A DNA stretch of 64,000 bases, taken from a virus. Below are positions 49,751 through 59,399 of this stretch, piece after piece. The notes below the pieces were generated by a model. The model was not told the origin of the DNA. It did no database searches and worked only from the letters and a program-made list of their open reading frames with translations. Made by a program: the position numbers and the translations under genes. The DNA lies in IMG/VR virus record IMGVR_UViG_3300002092_001548, positions 32,001 to 96,000 of that record; one strand, 5' to 3'. Numbering within the stretch: the first letter of the stretch is position 1; each line of letters starts with the position of its first letter.

Positions 49751-50119
49751 ATGGATCCAAATAAAGAAAATAGGGATGGACTTGATTCTACAATAGAAGA
49801 AAAACTAATGGGAAACCTTCAGTGGTCTCTATTATTTTTCATGTTTAATACCCTTTGTGAATCTAGAAAGGACTCAAAACTAGATAAAGAATTTTTTAAA
49901 GGATGGAAGAAATTTGCATCACAGAACCTAATAGCAAAAGATTTAGAAACTATAAATACTGTATTAAACTCTCCTAAAAACATGTTTAACTCTCTTTTGA
50001 GAAATAAGGATGAGACTATAGAAAGTACAGAGATATATCAAGAAAAATACAATACAATAATGAAAGGTATTGAAAAATTTTACTTTAATAGCTTAAAAGC
50101 ACAAAATGACGATGATTAA
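49751..50119 (+). CDS. hypothetical protein
   Basis: Likely start ATG 49751 (MDPNKE), 122 aa. Confidence 0.55.
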   Translation: MDPNKENRDGLDSTIEEKLMGNLQWSLLFFMFNTLCESRKDSKLDKEFFKGWKKFASQNLIAKDLETINTVLNSPKNMFNSLLRNKDETIESTEIYQEKYNTIMKGIEKFYFNSLKAQNDDD

Positions 50120-50141
50120 TAATATAGTGTAATATACTGTT

Positions 50142-50633
50142 ATGGAAATCGTTAAGTCACAAAAGTTTACAACTGAAGAGGCTGCCATTGTTGACAGGGC
50201 GGTTAGTTCTGTTTTTAATGCTCACAACCAACCTCAAAGTGCATATTTTCCTAATGTTTCCCTATTCATCTCTTGCGATGTCAATGAACACCCTGATTAT
50301 ATAATAAATATAAATAGCTTAGTAGGTGACGCTAGAACACAAATGGTAGAATTATTAAGACTATCTAATTATATTTTTAGAGGCGCATATGTAGAACCAA
50401 GATATCTCCTTGCGTCATATGAACAACCACAAATCGATACGCCAATTACAATTCCCGCTGTAATAGTTGAGCCTATAGCAACAGAAACAATAGAAGAAAA
50501 AGCAGAAGAATTAAAACATGAAGTAACAGATGGGGAACAAGAAATTGCGCCACATACGGAAGTTAGCGATACCGAGCAATCATCGGTAGAAACATTTGCG
50601 CCAATTTCAGAAGGTTCAGTACAAACTAGTTAA
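50142..50633 (+). CDS. hypothetical protein with acidic C-terminus
   Basis: 163 aa; preceded by GTGTAA at 50127-50132. Confidence 0.55.
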   Translation: MEIVKSQKFTTEEAAIVDRAVSSVFNAHNQPQSAYFPNVSLFISCDVNEHPDYIININSLVGDARTQMVELLRLSNYIFRGAYVEPRYLLASYEQPQIDTPITIPAVIVEPIATETIEEKAEELKHEVTDGEQEIAPHTEVSDTEQSSVETFAPISEGSVQTS

Positions 50634-50680
50634 TTTAAAATATTTTTTGATTGATCGATATCTGGTATATAATACTAGAT

Positions 50681-51742
50681 ATGGACAATAATGTTAAAAA
50701 AGTCATTGTTACCGGAATTACTGGTCAAGATGGTAGTTATATGGTTGACTACTTATTAGAGAATACTGACTACCAAATTTACGGAATGGTTCGACGTTCT
50801 TCTACTATTAATACAATCAATATTAATCAATTTTTAAATAACCCAAGATTTACGTTAGTTACTGGCGATCTTTCGGACAGTCAATCAATTGATAACTTAG
50901 TTAGGGAAATACTTCCAGATTATTTTATTAATTTGGCGGCACAAAGTTTTGTTGGAAGCAGTTGGCAGATTCCAGAGCAAACATTTGATGTTGGCGCATT
51001 AGGTGTTTTAAGGTGTTTAGAAGCCATTCGGAAACACGTACCAAAATGTCATTTTTACAATGCAGGATCTAGTGAAGAGTTAGGAGATGTAGACTATTTT
51101 CCCCAAGACGAAAAACACCCACTAAAACCAAGGAGTCCTTATGGCGCAGCAAAGGCAGCGGCCCGGCACCTTGTAAAAGTTTATCGTGAGAGTTATAACC
51201 TATATGCAATCCAAGGATTACTATATAATCATGAATCAGAACGCAGGGGCGAAGAATTTGTTACTCGAAAAATTACGAAGGCAGTTGCAAGAATTAAAAA
51301 AGCAATAGATAATAACCAACCGTTTCAACCTTTAGAGTTAGGTAATCTTGATGCAAAAAGAGACTGGAGTCACGCTCAAGATTTTGTAGACGGCATTTGG
51401 AAAATGCTAAATCAAGAAAAACCACTGGAACACCTTCTTTCGTCTAATGAAACTCACTCAGTAAAGGAATTTGTTGAACTAGCCTTTAAAGAAGCAGGAC
51501 TGTTTGGAAATTGGGATTTTATAAACGGTAGAGAGAGTATAAATGAACAATATCTATATATTAACCATGATAGCCTAGCTTGCCTTGTTAGAATTAATCC
51601 AGAATTTTATAGACCAGCCGAAGTTGATTTTTTATGGGGTAACGCAGAAAAAGCAAGAAATGAATTAAATTGGCAACCTAAAATTAATTTTAATGAACTA
51701 GTATCACGAATGGTTCGTAATGATATTGCGCTTGAAAAATAA
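50681..51742 (+). CDS. gmd: GDP-mannose 4,6-dehydratase
   Basis: VTGITGQDGSY, NLAAQSFV, SPYGAAK, NHESERRG, GNLDAKRDW, YRPAEVD; likely start ATG 50681. Confidence 0.93.
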   Translation: MDNNVKKVIVTGITGQDGSYMVDYLLENTDYQIYGMVRRSSTINTININQFLNNPRFTLVTGDLSDSQSIDNLVREILPDYFINLAAQSFVGSSWQIPEQTFDVGALGVLRCLEAIRKHVPKCHFYNAGSSEELGDVDYFPQDEKHPLKPRSPYGAAKAAARHLVKVYRESYNLYAIQGLLYNHESERRGEEFVTRKITKAVARIKKAIDNNQPFQPLELGNLDAKRDWSHAQDFVDGIWKMLNQEKPLEHLLSSNETHSVKEFVELAFKEAGLFGNWDFINGRESINEQYLYINHDSLACLVRINPEFYRPAEVDFLWGNAEKARNELNWQPKINFNELVSRMVRNDIALEK

Positions 51743-51758
51743 ATAAAACCATAGTAGT

Positions 51759-51953
51759 ATGGAGTCTGAAAATGCAAAGTCAAAAATTGAAACATGTAGA
51801 TTCAGATCAGAAACAGAACACTCTAGATCTATTTCAAGATGTGCATGTCAAGGCGGCCCGTATACAGAAACGGGATTCCTTTGCTCTAAAAGACAAATCT
51901 TTAAAGTCTCAAAAGAAATCTGTAAAGCCTGCCCAGTCTACCAGCATAAATAA
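51759..51953 (+). CDS. small Cys-rich protein overlapping the next gene
   Basis: CRFRS...CAC...FLC...CKAC; same Cys pattern as 39203..39430. Confidence 0.5.
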   Translation: MESENAKSKIETCRFRSETEHSRSISRCACQGGPYTETGFLCSKRQIFKVSKEICKACPVYQHK

Positions 51954-52293
51954 GCGAGAATTTGTTTTAAAATTTGTAAAAGACTCAACAGCCATAGTTT
52001 GGCCTAAAGAGATGAAAATGGTTAATACACTATTTAAAATTGCTCCCAATGATGATTTTTGGAGATCATTAGATCTTGGATTTAAACTCAATAGTCTTTG
52101 CTGGTTCTTATCAGATGATGGCCGTAAATTACTCAATAAAGAATACAAGAGATTTAATTTTGAACCACAAAAGCCAGAAACATTCGAATTAGAAAATAAT
52201 AATATTGTAACTAGTGGCAAAATAGGCGAGACTGTAGGAGCGCCCCTAACAGTGCGAGAATTTTTAATATTATGGCAAAAGAAGACTCAGTAA
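51772..52293 (+). CDS. hypothetical protein
   Basis: 173 aa; K-rich N-terminus overlaps the previous ORF, globular-looking C-terminus (WPKEMK...FWRSL...LNSLCWF). Start uncertain. Confidence 0.55.
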   Translation: MQSQKLKHVDSDQKQNTLDLFQDVHVKAARIQKRDSFALKDKSLKSQKKSVKPAQSTSINKREFVLKFVKDSTAIVWPKEMKMVNTLFKIAPNDDFWRSLDLGFKLNSLCWFLSDDGRKLLNKEYKRFNFEPQKPETFELENNNIVTSGKIGETVGAPLTVREFLILWQKKTQ

Positions 52294-53366
52294 CAAGCAA
52301 AACAATCCTAGCATCCTTTCTCAAGGATACGAAAGGAGAACACTATAATTTTGAAGATGAAAAAATCTTTAATGTATCTACTGGATCATTATTACTTGAT
52401 TCTGAGATGGGTGGTGCCCTAGAGGTTCCAGCAATCTTGCGTTTTACCGGAGTAAGTGGCGGCGGCAAAACAAGCTCTGCGCTTCTTATTATGAAGAACT
52501 TCCTCAATACAGTTCCAAAAGGAAAGGGGTTTTTGGTTAAGGCAGAAGGACGTTTAAATTCAAATGTTAAAAATGTTTCTGGAGTAAAGTTTGTAGACAA
52601 ACCAGAAGACTGGCAAGAGGGTACATGTTTCGTTCTTCGTACAAATATCTATGAAAATGTAGCCACTATTATCATGGAGTTAATTAAAAATAATCCAGAA
52701 AATTCTAGGTATTATTTTCTTATTGACAGTATGGATGCGCTAATTGCAAAAAATGACTCACTTAAAGGTTTTGAGGATAGTCAAAAAGTAGCAGCCGGGG
52801 CCGTAATTAGTTCACATTTCTTAAAGATGATCATGCTACCACTATCAACCTTTGGTCACGTTTGCGCATTAATCTCACAAGTTCGTTCAAATGTTCAAAT
52901 TAATCCTTATGCAAAGTCAGACCCAAAGCTAACTAATAGTTCTGGTGGAAATGCGCTACAGCACTATGCGGATTGGATATTTGAGTTTCAACCGAGATAT
53001 AAGGCAGATCAAATTGTTGAGGATGGAAAAATCATTGGTCACTGGGCAAAAATTCTTTTACGCAAGACTACCAATGAAAAAGAAGGAACTGAAATTCTTT
53101 ATCCTATTCGTCATGGCAGAACTGGTGGAAATTCTATTTGGATCGAATACGAAGTTGCAGATATGTTAATTCAGTGGGGCTTTGCAAAGAAAGCTGGCGC
53201 TTGGATCAACTTTGATTCTGGGCTCCTAGCTGAAATTACAAAAGACACAAAACTAACTATGCCAGAAAAAATTCAAGGTATGGAACAGCTTAGAACGTTT
53301 CTAGAAGAAAATAAAGAAATTTGTTTATATCTTTTTAATAAATTTAAAGGGGCACTAGCAAAATGA
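52272..53366 (+). CDS. RecA/UvsX-like recombinase
   Basis: VSTGSLLLD, Walker A GVSGGGKT, FLIDSMDAL, ISQVR, SGGNALQHYA, KKAGAW. Confidence 0.85.
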   Translation: MAKEDSVTSKTILASFLKDTKGEHYNFEDEKIFNVSTGSLLLDSEMGGALEVPAILRFTGVSGGGKTSSALLIMKNFLNTVPKGKGFLVKAEGRLNSNVKNVSGVKFVDKPEDWQEGTCFVLRTNIYENVATIIMELIKNNPENSRYYFLIDSMDALIAKNDSLKGFEDSQKVAAGAVISSHFLKMIMLPLSTFGHVCALISQVRSNVQINPYAKSDPKLTNSSGGNALQHYADWIFEFQPRYKADQIVEDGKIIGHWAKILLRKTTNEKEGTEILYPIRHGRTGGNSIWIEYEVADMLIQWGFAKKAGAWINFDSGLLAEITKDTKLTMPEKIQGMEQLRTFLEENKEICLYLFNKFKGALAK

Positions 53367-53725
53367 AACGTCCACTAGAAAATATTGTAGAAAAATCTTG
53401 GGGTAGAGAGCTTTGGATAGTTAATAATCAAGAATTTTGTGGTAAAATTTTGGAATTTAATGCTGGATCTAAATTCTCAATGCATTTTCATATAGAAAAA
53501 AAAGAAACATTCTACGTATTCAAAGGCAGATTACTTTTAAATTATTTTAATTTGGAAAACGCAGACAAACATCGCGAAGAACTCAACGTCGGAGACATCG
53601 TTGATATTAATAGATTTTTCCCGCATCAAATTTCTGCTATAGAAGATAGTACTATTATTGAGTTTTCAACACAACATAAAGATTCAGATAGTTACAGGAT
53701 AGGAAAGGGAGATAGTCAAATATGA
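53363..53725 (+). CDS. cupin-domain protein (sugar isomerase-like)
   Basis: VEKSWGRE, SMHFHIEKKETF, PHQI. Confidence 0.7.
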   Translation: MKRPLENIVEKSWGRELWIVNNQEFCGKILEFNAGSKFSMHFHIEKKETFYVFKGRLLLNYFNLENADKHREELNVGDIVDINRFFPHQISAIEDSTIIEFSTQHKDSDSYRIGKGDSQI

Positions 53726-54663
53726 ATATAGCAGTAAGGCTGGAGGGAGGATTAGGTGACTGCCTGCTAGGTAACAGATTTGTTTCTGCTATTAAAGATA
53801 AGTATAAAAATGCTCAAGTTACTGCCTATATTGATAGCGAAGGAAAAACCTTCCAAAAAGAAGGCCTAGAGATTCTTTATCCATCGATGTATAAGGAAAT
53901 TAAGGTTATTGCAAATAAAAAATACAAAGAATTTTGGGTTGACTGCCAGTTTGGAATAGATAATTATTACGGCGCACTAGAAAACGTGCCCGATGATATT
54001 AGGAGTGAGATGGAATCATACGATAAATTCTACGATTTGCATATAGACTCTTTAAAGTGGACTAACTATGATTTTGATTGGTTAAAATATTATAAATTTT
54101 TTCCGACACCCGATCTAAAGTGCCCTAACGAACTAGGCGAGTATGTTGTCTTTCATTTAATTTCGTCAACATCAGTTGGGCATCGGCTAGAAAATTGGTA
54201 TATAGAATCTCTAGTAAAAGAAACCGCTAAAACACAGGCAGTATATATCATATCTACTGCAGATACTAATCACTTTTATAATAGCGTAAAAGAGCTAGAA
54301 AATGTCCATATAGTAAATGGAAGCATTGAAGATATATGCAAGCTCATCTCTAATGCAAAATTTATGCTGTCTACAGATAGTGGCTTCAGATATATAGCGT
54401 ATGGTTATGGAATTCCCACATTAACTTTTTCCAAGCATTCTGTCCAGCCTTTTACATCAATTCCCAGCCACCAAATTAGATGGCTAATGTTTCCAGAGAC
54501 ATGCTTCCCATTACATACGGACTATAAATTCATATGTGCATTAATTGATAAAATTATGATAAATAAAGCATATATTTTACTACCGTATTTAGAAAATTTT
54601 GAATTACAGGCAGTAAAAAGAGAATATGTTATCAACACGGAAAAATCTATAATAAATATATGA
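53722..54663 (+). CDS. GT9-like glycosyltransferase
   Basis: EGGLGDCLL; LISNAKFMLSTDSGFRYIAYGYGIPT. Confidence 0.7.
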   Translation: MNIAVRLEGGLGDCLLGNRFVSAIKDKYKNAQVTAYIDSEGKTFQKEGLEILYPSMYKEIKVIANKKYKEFWVDCQFGIDNYYGALENVPDDIRSEMESYDKFYDLHIDSLKWTNYDFDWLKYYKFFPTPDLKCPNELGEYVVFHLISSTSVGHRLENWYIESLVKETAKTQAVYIISTADTNHFYNSVKELENVHIVNGSIEDICKLISNAKFMLSTDSGFRYIAYGYGIPTLTFSKHSVQPFTSIPSHQIRWLMFPETCFPLHTDYKFICALIDKIMINKAYILLPYLENFELQAVKREYVINTEKSIINI

Positions 54664-55307
54664 ACTTAGAAAAATATGCTTTTGAAAACTTTATTAAAAA
54701 TAATACGGTTGTATATGATATCGGCGCACATATTGGTGAATTATCATTGGAAGCGGTAAGATTAAATGCAAAAATAGTACATGCATTTGAGCCATCAAAT
54801 TTTAATACTAACGAATTAATAGAAAATACAAAACAGTACGCAAATATTTATGTCCATAAAGTTGGCTTGCATGAAAAAATTTACGAATGCGATACTAGAT
54901 TTAAAGACTGTGCGGATAATCGTTTACCAGTTCAGCTAGATACTGAACAACATATAGTCTATACGGTTTTGGAAGAGTATATAAAACAAAATCAACTAGA
55001 ATTACCAGATTTTATTAAATTAGATATAGAAGGAATGGAGAGTATTGTTTTAAAAACATTTGAGTTCCTTTTTAAGGAAAAACGCCCAGTTATCTATACT
55101 GAAATTCATGCGGCAAAAAGAGGCAATTTAATTCAAAATTATGCAGATAATCCACACTGGGTATGGCCAGAACAAGGAGGGTTTGACTTTAATATATTAA
55201 AACAGTATAATTATAAAATCTCAAATACCACTGGAGAGATTGACGGATCTATAGATTGGAATCCTGCAGAGGAGACACATTCTGGACTACTTTTAATTCC
55301 AAATTAA
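54660..55307 (+). CDS. FkbM-family methyltransferase
   Basis: YDIGAHIG, HAFEP, FIKLDIEGME. Confidence 0.85.
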   Translation: MNLEKYAFENFIKNNTVVYDIGAHIGELSLEAVRLNAKIVHAFEPSNFNTNELIENTKQYANIYVHKVGLHEKIYECDTRFKDCADNRLPVQLDTEQHIVYTVLEEYIKQNQLELPDFIKLDIEGMESIVLKTFEFLFKEKRPVIYTEIHAAKRGNLIQNYADNPHWVWPEQGGFDFNILKQYNYKISNTTGEIDGSIDWNPAEETHSGLLLIPN

Positions 55308-55308
55308 T

Positions 55309-55983
55309 ATGAATACAAAAATTTGCGTTTGCTCTATTGCAACTCCAGACATGGAGGAATTAACTAAGATAACTTGGCCGAATAAACAAGACTACTGCCA
55401 GAAACACGAGTATCATGGGGTACTGCATGTTCAAACGAAGGACTACCTTGGCTTCGATAAAATTATCTTTATTGAGTCACTACTATATACAAATCAATAC
55501 AACTGGATTTTATGGCTAGATAATGACACTCTTTTTACTAATTTTGAGAAAAAAATAGAAGAAATAATAGATGATAACTATGACTTCATTATTTGTGCGG
55601 ACTATGGTGGAGATGTAAATGCAGGAGTATTTTTAATTAAAAATTCAAATGGCGGAAGACAGTACTTACAGAAGATAAAGGAAAAAATGTATGAACTAGC
55701 CCCAGTTAATAAATTTTTATTTGGAGAAGAACAAACGGCTATACACGCTACATACAAAGAAGAACAATTCAAGGAAATTATAAAAGTTATTCCACAGAAG
55801 GTTATGAATGCGTATCCATATAGTGGGGTATATGGACACCCAAACGGCCTAAATGATTGGCTTGGGGTAAATGGAGACTGGCAAGAAGGAGATTTTATTA
55901 TTCATATACCAGGATTTGGCCCCGATCTTTTTCATAAAAGATTAGAACATTTTAGAAAATATAGCCAATTGGTTATAAAATAG
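55309..55983 (+). CDS. GT34 (GMA12/MNN10-like) glycosyltransferase
   Basis: NKQDYCQKHEY, WILWLDND, VNAGVFLIKNS, EQTA, WQEGDFIIH. Confidence 0.8.
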   Translation: MNTKICVCSIATPDMEELTKITWPNKQDYCQKHEYHGVLHVQTKDYLGFDKIIFIESLLYTNQYNWILWLDNDTLFTNFEKKIEEIIDDNYDFIICADYGGDVNAGVFLIKNSNGGRQYLQKIKEKMYELAPVNKFLFGEEQTAIHATYKEEQFKEIIKVIPQKVMNAYPYSGVYGHPNGLNDWLGVNGDWQEGDFIIHIPGFGPDLFHKRLEHFRKYSQLVIK

Positions 55984-55985
55984 TT

Positions 55986-56573
55986 ATGAATCCGGTAAAC
56001 AATCTATTAGCGTCATTAGAAGAAATATTAAAAAGTCGTGGACATATATACACAGCCTCTGTCGATCTATGTCATGGTCTATTCTTGTTGGGAGCACTCA
56101 CATCGGCAAAACCCCAAAATGTTTTAGAGCTAGGTATTGGCCCAGCATTTGCGTCCGAAATTCTTTGTGCGGGTGTTAAATATAACGGAATGGGGCAGTT
56201 AACATGCGTAGATAATCTCGCAGATTTAGGTGGAAATTTACCCCAATCTAAATTAGATTACCTAAAAGACAATGGGGTTAAGGTTGTTGCACCAATAGAT
56301 GAAAAAGATTTTGTCGAACAAGCGAGCGTTGAAGAATATGATTTTTTAGTCTCGGACGCAGATCATGGCAGGGCACATCTTTGGGCAGAAAGAGTATTCG
56401 ATATCATGAAGCCAAATTCGTTTATGTTTTTTCATGATGTTGGCGAGCACAGTAACCTTTTAAGATATAAACAGATAGCAGATGAAAGAGGCTATTATAA
56501 CCATACATTCTCCGGATCGTCTCGCTCCGACGAAAATTGTCATCGTGGGTGGCAATTTATTATAAAAAAATGA
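55986..56573 (+). CDS. class I SAM methyltransferase (Methyltransf_24-like)
   Basis: VLELGIG, TCVD, DFLVSDADH, FFHD. Confidence 0.75.
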   Translation: MNPVNNLLASLEEILKSRGHIYTASVDLCHGLFLLGALTSAKPQNVLELGIGPAFASEILCAGVKYNGMGQLTCVDNLADLGGNLPQSKLDYLKDNGVKVVAPIDEKDFVEQASVEEYDFLVSDADHGRAHLWAERVFDIMKPNSFMFFHDVGEHSNLLRYKQIADERGYYNHTFSGSSRSDENCHRGWQFIIKK

Positions 56574-57238
56574 TCAACTTAGATACATTTTTCAAAAGAT
56601 ATTCAAACGGTGATAGATCTTTAGGGTCTAGACTATCTACAATGAAGATAGCCGTCTCTCTCCTTAATCCATACATTCAAAATAATTTTGTAGAAACTGG
56701 AACGACAAGAAAGAATGAACTCACACACCCCCGGATACAAGATCGCGCCGCTGACGGATGTTCTACAGTTTTATTTGCCCACTATGCGTCCTTAACTGGT
56801 GGTAAAATCTGGACTTGTGATATCGATCCCCAGAACATAGAAAATTGTAAAATTGCGACAAAAGAGTATGCCGAAACTGCAACCTATGTAGTTGACAATT
56901 CCCTTGATTTTTTAACTAATTTTACCCAACCAATAGATTTTCTATATTTAGATTCTGTAGATAGCCATGTACCATTTGCGGCAGACCATCAATTAAAAGA
57001 AATTCAGTTTGCAATGAAAAATTTACATAGCAGATCAGTTATTGTTCTTGATGACCTAGGAGCCAAGACAGTTCTCTCGATACCCTTCCTCCAAAAAAAT
57101 AATTGGTGTCAAATTAGTTTAAATGTTCCATATCCCTCTAATTATAATGATATTAATCAAGCAGTATTTGTACATGAAACATTCCTATATACAGATCACT
57201 CTAAACTGCCGGAAAAGGAAAGATTTACAGAAAGATAA
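56570..57238 (+). CDS. class I SAM methyltransferase (Methyltransf_24-like)
   Basis: Likely start ATG 56570; VETGTTR, WTCDID, IDFLYLDS, IVLDD. Confidence 0.75.
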   Translation: MINLDTFFKRYSNGDRSLGSRLSTMKIAVSLLNPYIQNNFVETGTTRKNELTHPRIQDRAADGCSTVLFAHYASLTGGKIWTCDIDPQNIENCKIATKEYAETATYVVDNSLDFLTNFTQPIDFLYLDSVDSHVPFAADHQLKEIQFAMKNLHSRSVIVLDDLGAKTVLSIPFLQKNNWCQISLNVPYPSNYNDINQAVFVHETFLYTDHSKLPEKERFTER

Positions 57239-57942
57239 TGAAAGTAGCAGTACAATTAGCGGCTAACCCAAGATCCTTTAATAGGAATTACGAGTCTTTC
57301 AAAAAAAATATTCTACATACACTTCATCCAGATGTATTTATTCATACTTGGAGACTAGATGGAAATGAACGGCCAGAAGTCACAACAGATGGTACATGCG
57401 AAGAATATATAGAATTATACAATCCAGTTGCGCATAAAATAGAAGATTTAAAATATAACTACCAGCCACTACAAACCATGATTCCACATTTTACATCTAG
57501 ATATAGAGTAAATGAATTAAGAAAAAAATATCAAGAAGAAAATAATATTAAATATGATGTTATTATTATGGGCAGACCAGATATAAGATTAACAAATCCA
57601 ATTCCCAATAATAATTCTGCGGTTATAGGATCTGAATTTATGCCAGAATATGCAGCGAAAGTAAAAGAAGATGAAATATGGATACATCATTTTAAAGATG
57701 GACTACCAGCAGATTATTTATTTTACTGCTCACCAAAATGGATGGATATTGGAATTGAAGGGTGCTTCAATAATCTAGATAAATTAAATATCTACAATCC
57801 CGGCTCTGAGAGGTTATGGTGGCATGTTCTGAAAGAGAAGGGTTTTAATAGAAATGGATTTAAATATTATGGAAATTCCATTCATGATACGGAGCATGTG
57901 GACAATTCTTTTAGATTTTTTGATATCGAATGCGTACGATAA
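57238..57942 (+). CDS. putative glycosyltransferase-like protein
   Basis: MKVAVQL...PDVFIHTW...YDVIIMGRPD pattern commonly seen in phage glycan clusters. Confidence 0.45.
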   Translation: MKVAVQLAANPRSFNRNYESFKKNILHTLHPDVFIHTWRLDGNERPEVTTDGTCEEYIELYNPVAHKIEDLKYNYQPLQTMIPHFTSRYRVNELRKKYQEENNIKYDVIIMGRPDIRLTNPIPNNNSAVIGSEFMPEYAAKVKEDEIWIHHFKDGLPADYLFYCSPKWMDIGIEGCFNNLDKLNIYNPGSERLWWHVLKEKGFNRNGFKYYGNSIHDTEHVDNSFRFFDIECVR

Positions 57943-57945
57943 TTT

Positions 57946-58593
57946 ATGGAAAATATTATAACAGAATTTTATAATGAGAATATTGGTCAAGGGTTTAATG
58001 ATTATGAAAAATCGCATCTTGCGCGCTTTAATTTTCTTGTTGAAGATTTGAAACTAAATGAAATAAAGAATTCATCCATTTTAGATGTGGGTTGCGGTTA
58101 TGGCCCAATTTTCCAAAGGTTAGATAAAGAAAATAATAACGAGCTTGTTGGTATAGATGGGGCTGGACTGAGTAATGATTTTGAATATCATATTGCAGAT
58201 TTACAGTACGATTTTTTCTCCGAAAAATTTCGGGAGAAGAAATTTGATTATATTTTCTCTTTTGAGACTTTTGAGCATTTAAGCAATCCATATCATTGCC
58301 TTTTAGAGATTAAAAAATTGATGCATAAAGATTCAATATTTTATTTATCAATTCCACACCAAGATATTACGCATAATACGATATATCCATCCCTACTTTA
58401 TCCGGTTGATAACTTTAAAACATTCCTAGATCAGTGCGCAATGGAAGTCGTAGCACAGACGGTGCATGACAAGGCTTTTAAACAGAACGTGTTTACACTA
58501 AAAAGTTTAGATTGGAATAACTCAAAAATGCTTTGGTATAAGCAAGAGGATAAATTTAGAAATATACCCCCACATATTGCTATTAATTTGTAG
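57946..58593 (+). CDS. class I SAM methyltransferase
   Basis: ILDVGCGYG, FDYIFSFETFEHL. Confidence 0.85.
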   Translation: MENIITEFYNENIGQGFNDYEKSHLARFNFLVEDLKLNEIKNSSILDVGCGYGPIFQRLDKENNNELVGIDGAGLSNDFEYHIADLQYDFFSEKFREKKFDYIFSFETFEHLSNPYHCLLEIKKLMHKDSIFYLSIPHQDITHNTIYPSLLYPVDNFKTFLDQCAMEVVAQTVHDKAFKQNVFTLKSLDWNNSKMLWYKQEDKFRNIPPHIAINL

Positions 58594-59399
58594 TGAAAAA
58601 GATCATTGGTTTCAATCAGGGTCAATACGGAGACCTCTGCATGAATGTAGTGGCATGTCGTGCGGTAAAAAGAGACCATCCAAATTCAGATCTTTATCTT
58701 GGGATAAATAAACGATATCAGTCGTTAAAAGAAATTTTTCTCTATAATAATTTAATAGATAATATTCATATTTGGGATCAATACAATAATTGGCCATCGG
58801 ATATAGATAAAGAGTATTTACGGGAGCAAAAATTTGATATGGCATTTAACCCGATGCCGAAACATTCAAGTGAGGACTGGTATTTATATCGACATCAAAC
58901 GGAAGAAGTTTGCCTCATGCATGGCATTATACCCCCAAATGACTTAACAGTAACATTTAATAAATATTTCGAAACAAAACGATATAATAAATATGTCGCT
59001 GTTAATCTTTTTGCGGAAACCAGATCTTCAGATAAAACACCAGATTTACAACAATCTATAAATATTGTTAATTTAATTAAATCACTTGGATATATTCCAG
59101 TTCAAATAGGGTTACCGGAACAGCCGCAAATATGCGACAATCAATTTTTTGGATCATTTTTCGAAACCATTAAATTTGTTTTATCTTGTAATTTTCTCGT
59201 TACCGTAGATTCGGCAATTGCTTGGATTGCCTCTGGGTATTCATTTCCAGTAGTTGGAATCTACGCTTACTCATACTATACTGGAGCTACGACTTCAAAA
59301 AACTGGCAGCCTATCAATAAAAATGCCCTTTATATCGAAAAATATAGAATATCAGATATTACAACATATGATATAGAACAGGCTATACAACTTATATGA
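58593..59399 (+). CDS. GT9-like glycosyltransferase
   Basis: GTG start; GQYGDL; PVQIG; LVTVDSAIAWIASGYSFPVVGIY. Confidence 0.7.
   Translation: MKKIIGFNQGQYGDLCMNVVACRAVKRDHPNSDLYLGINKRYQSLKEIFLYNNLIDNIHIWDQYNNWPSDIDKEYLREQKFDMAFNPMPKHSSEDWYLYRHQTEEVCLMHGIIPPNDLTVTFNKYFETKRYNKYVAVNLFAETRSSDKTPDLQQSINIVNLIKSLGYIPVQIGLPEQPQICDNQFFGSFFETIKFVLSCNFLVTVDSAIAWIASGYSFPVVGIYAYSYYTGATTSKNWQPINKNALYIEKYRISDITTYDIEQAIQLI

Noticed and set aside
47066-53366. Introns or inteins in nrdA, nrdB or recA
   Set aside because: The ORFs are continuous and of compact length, with no intein or homing-endonuclease motifs.
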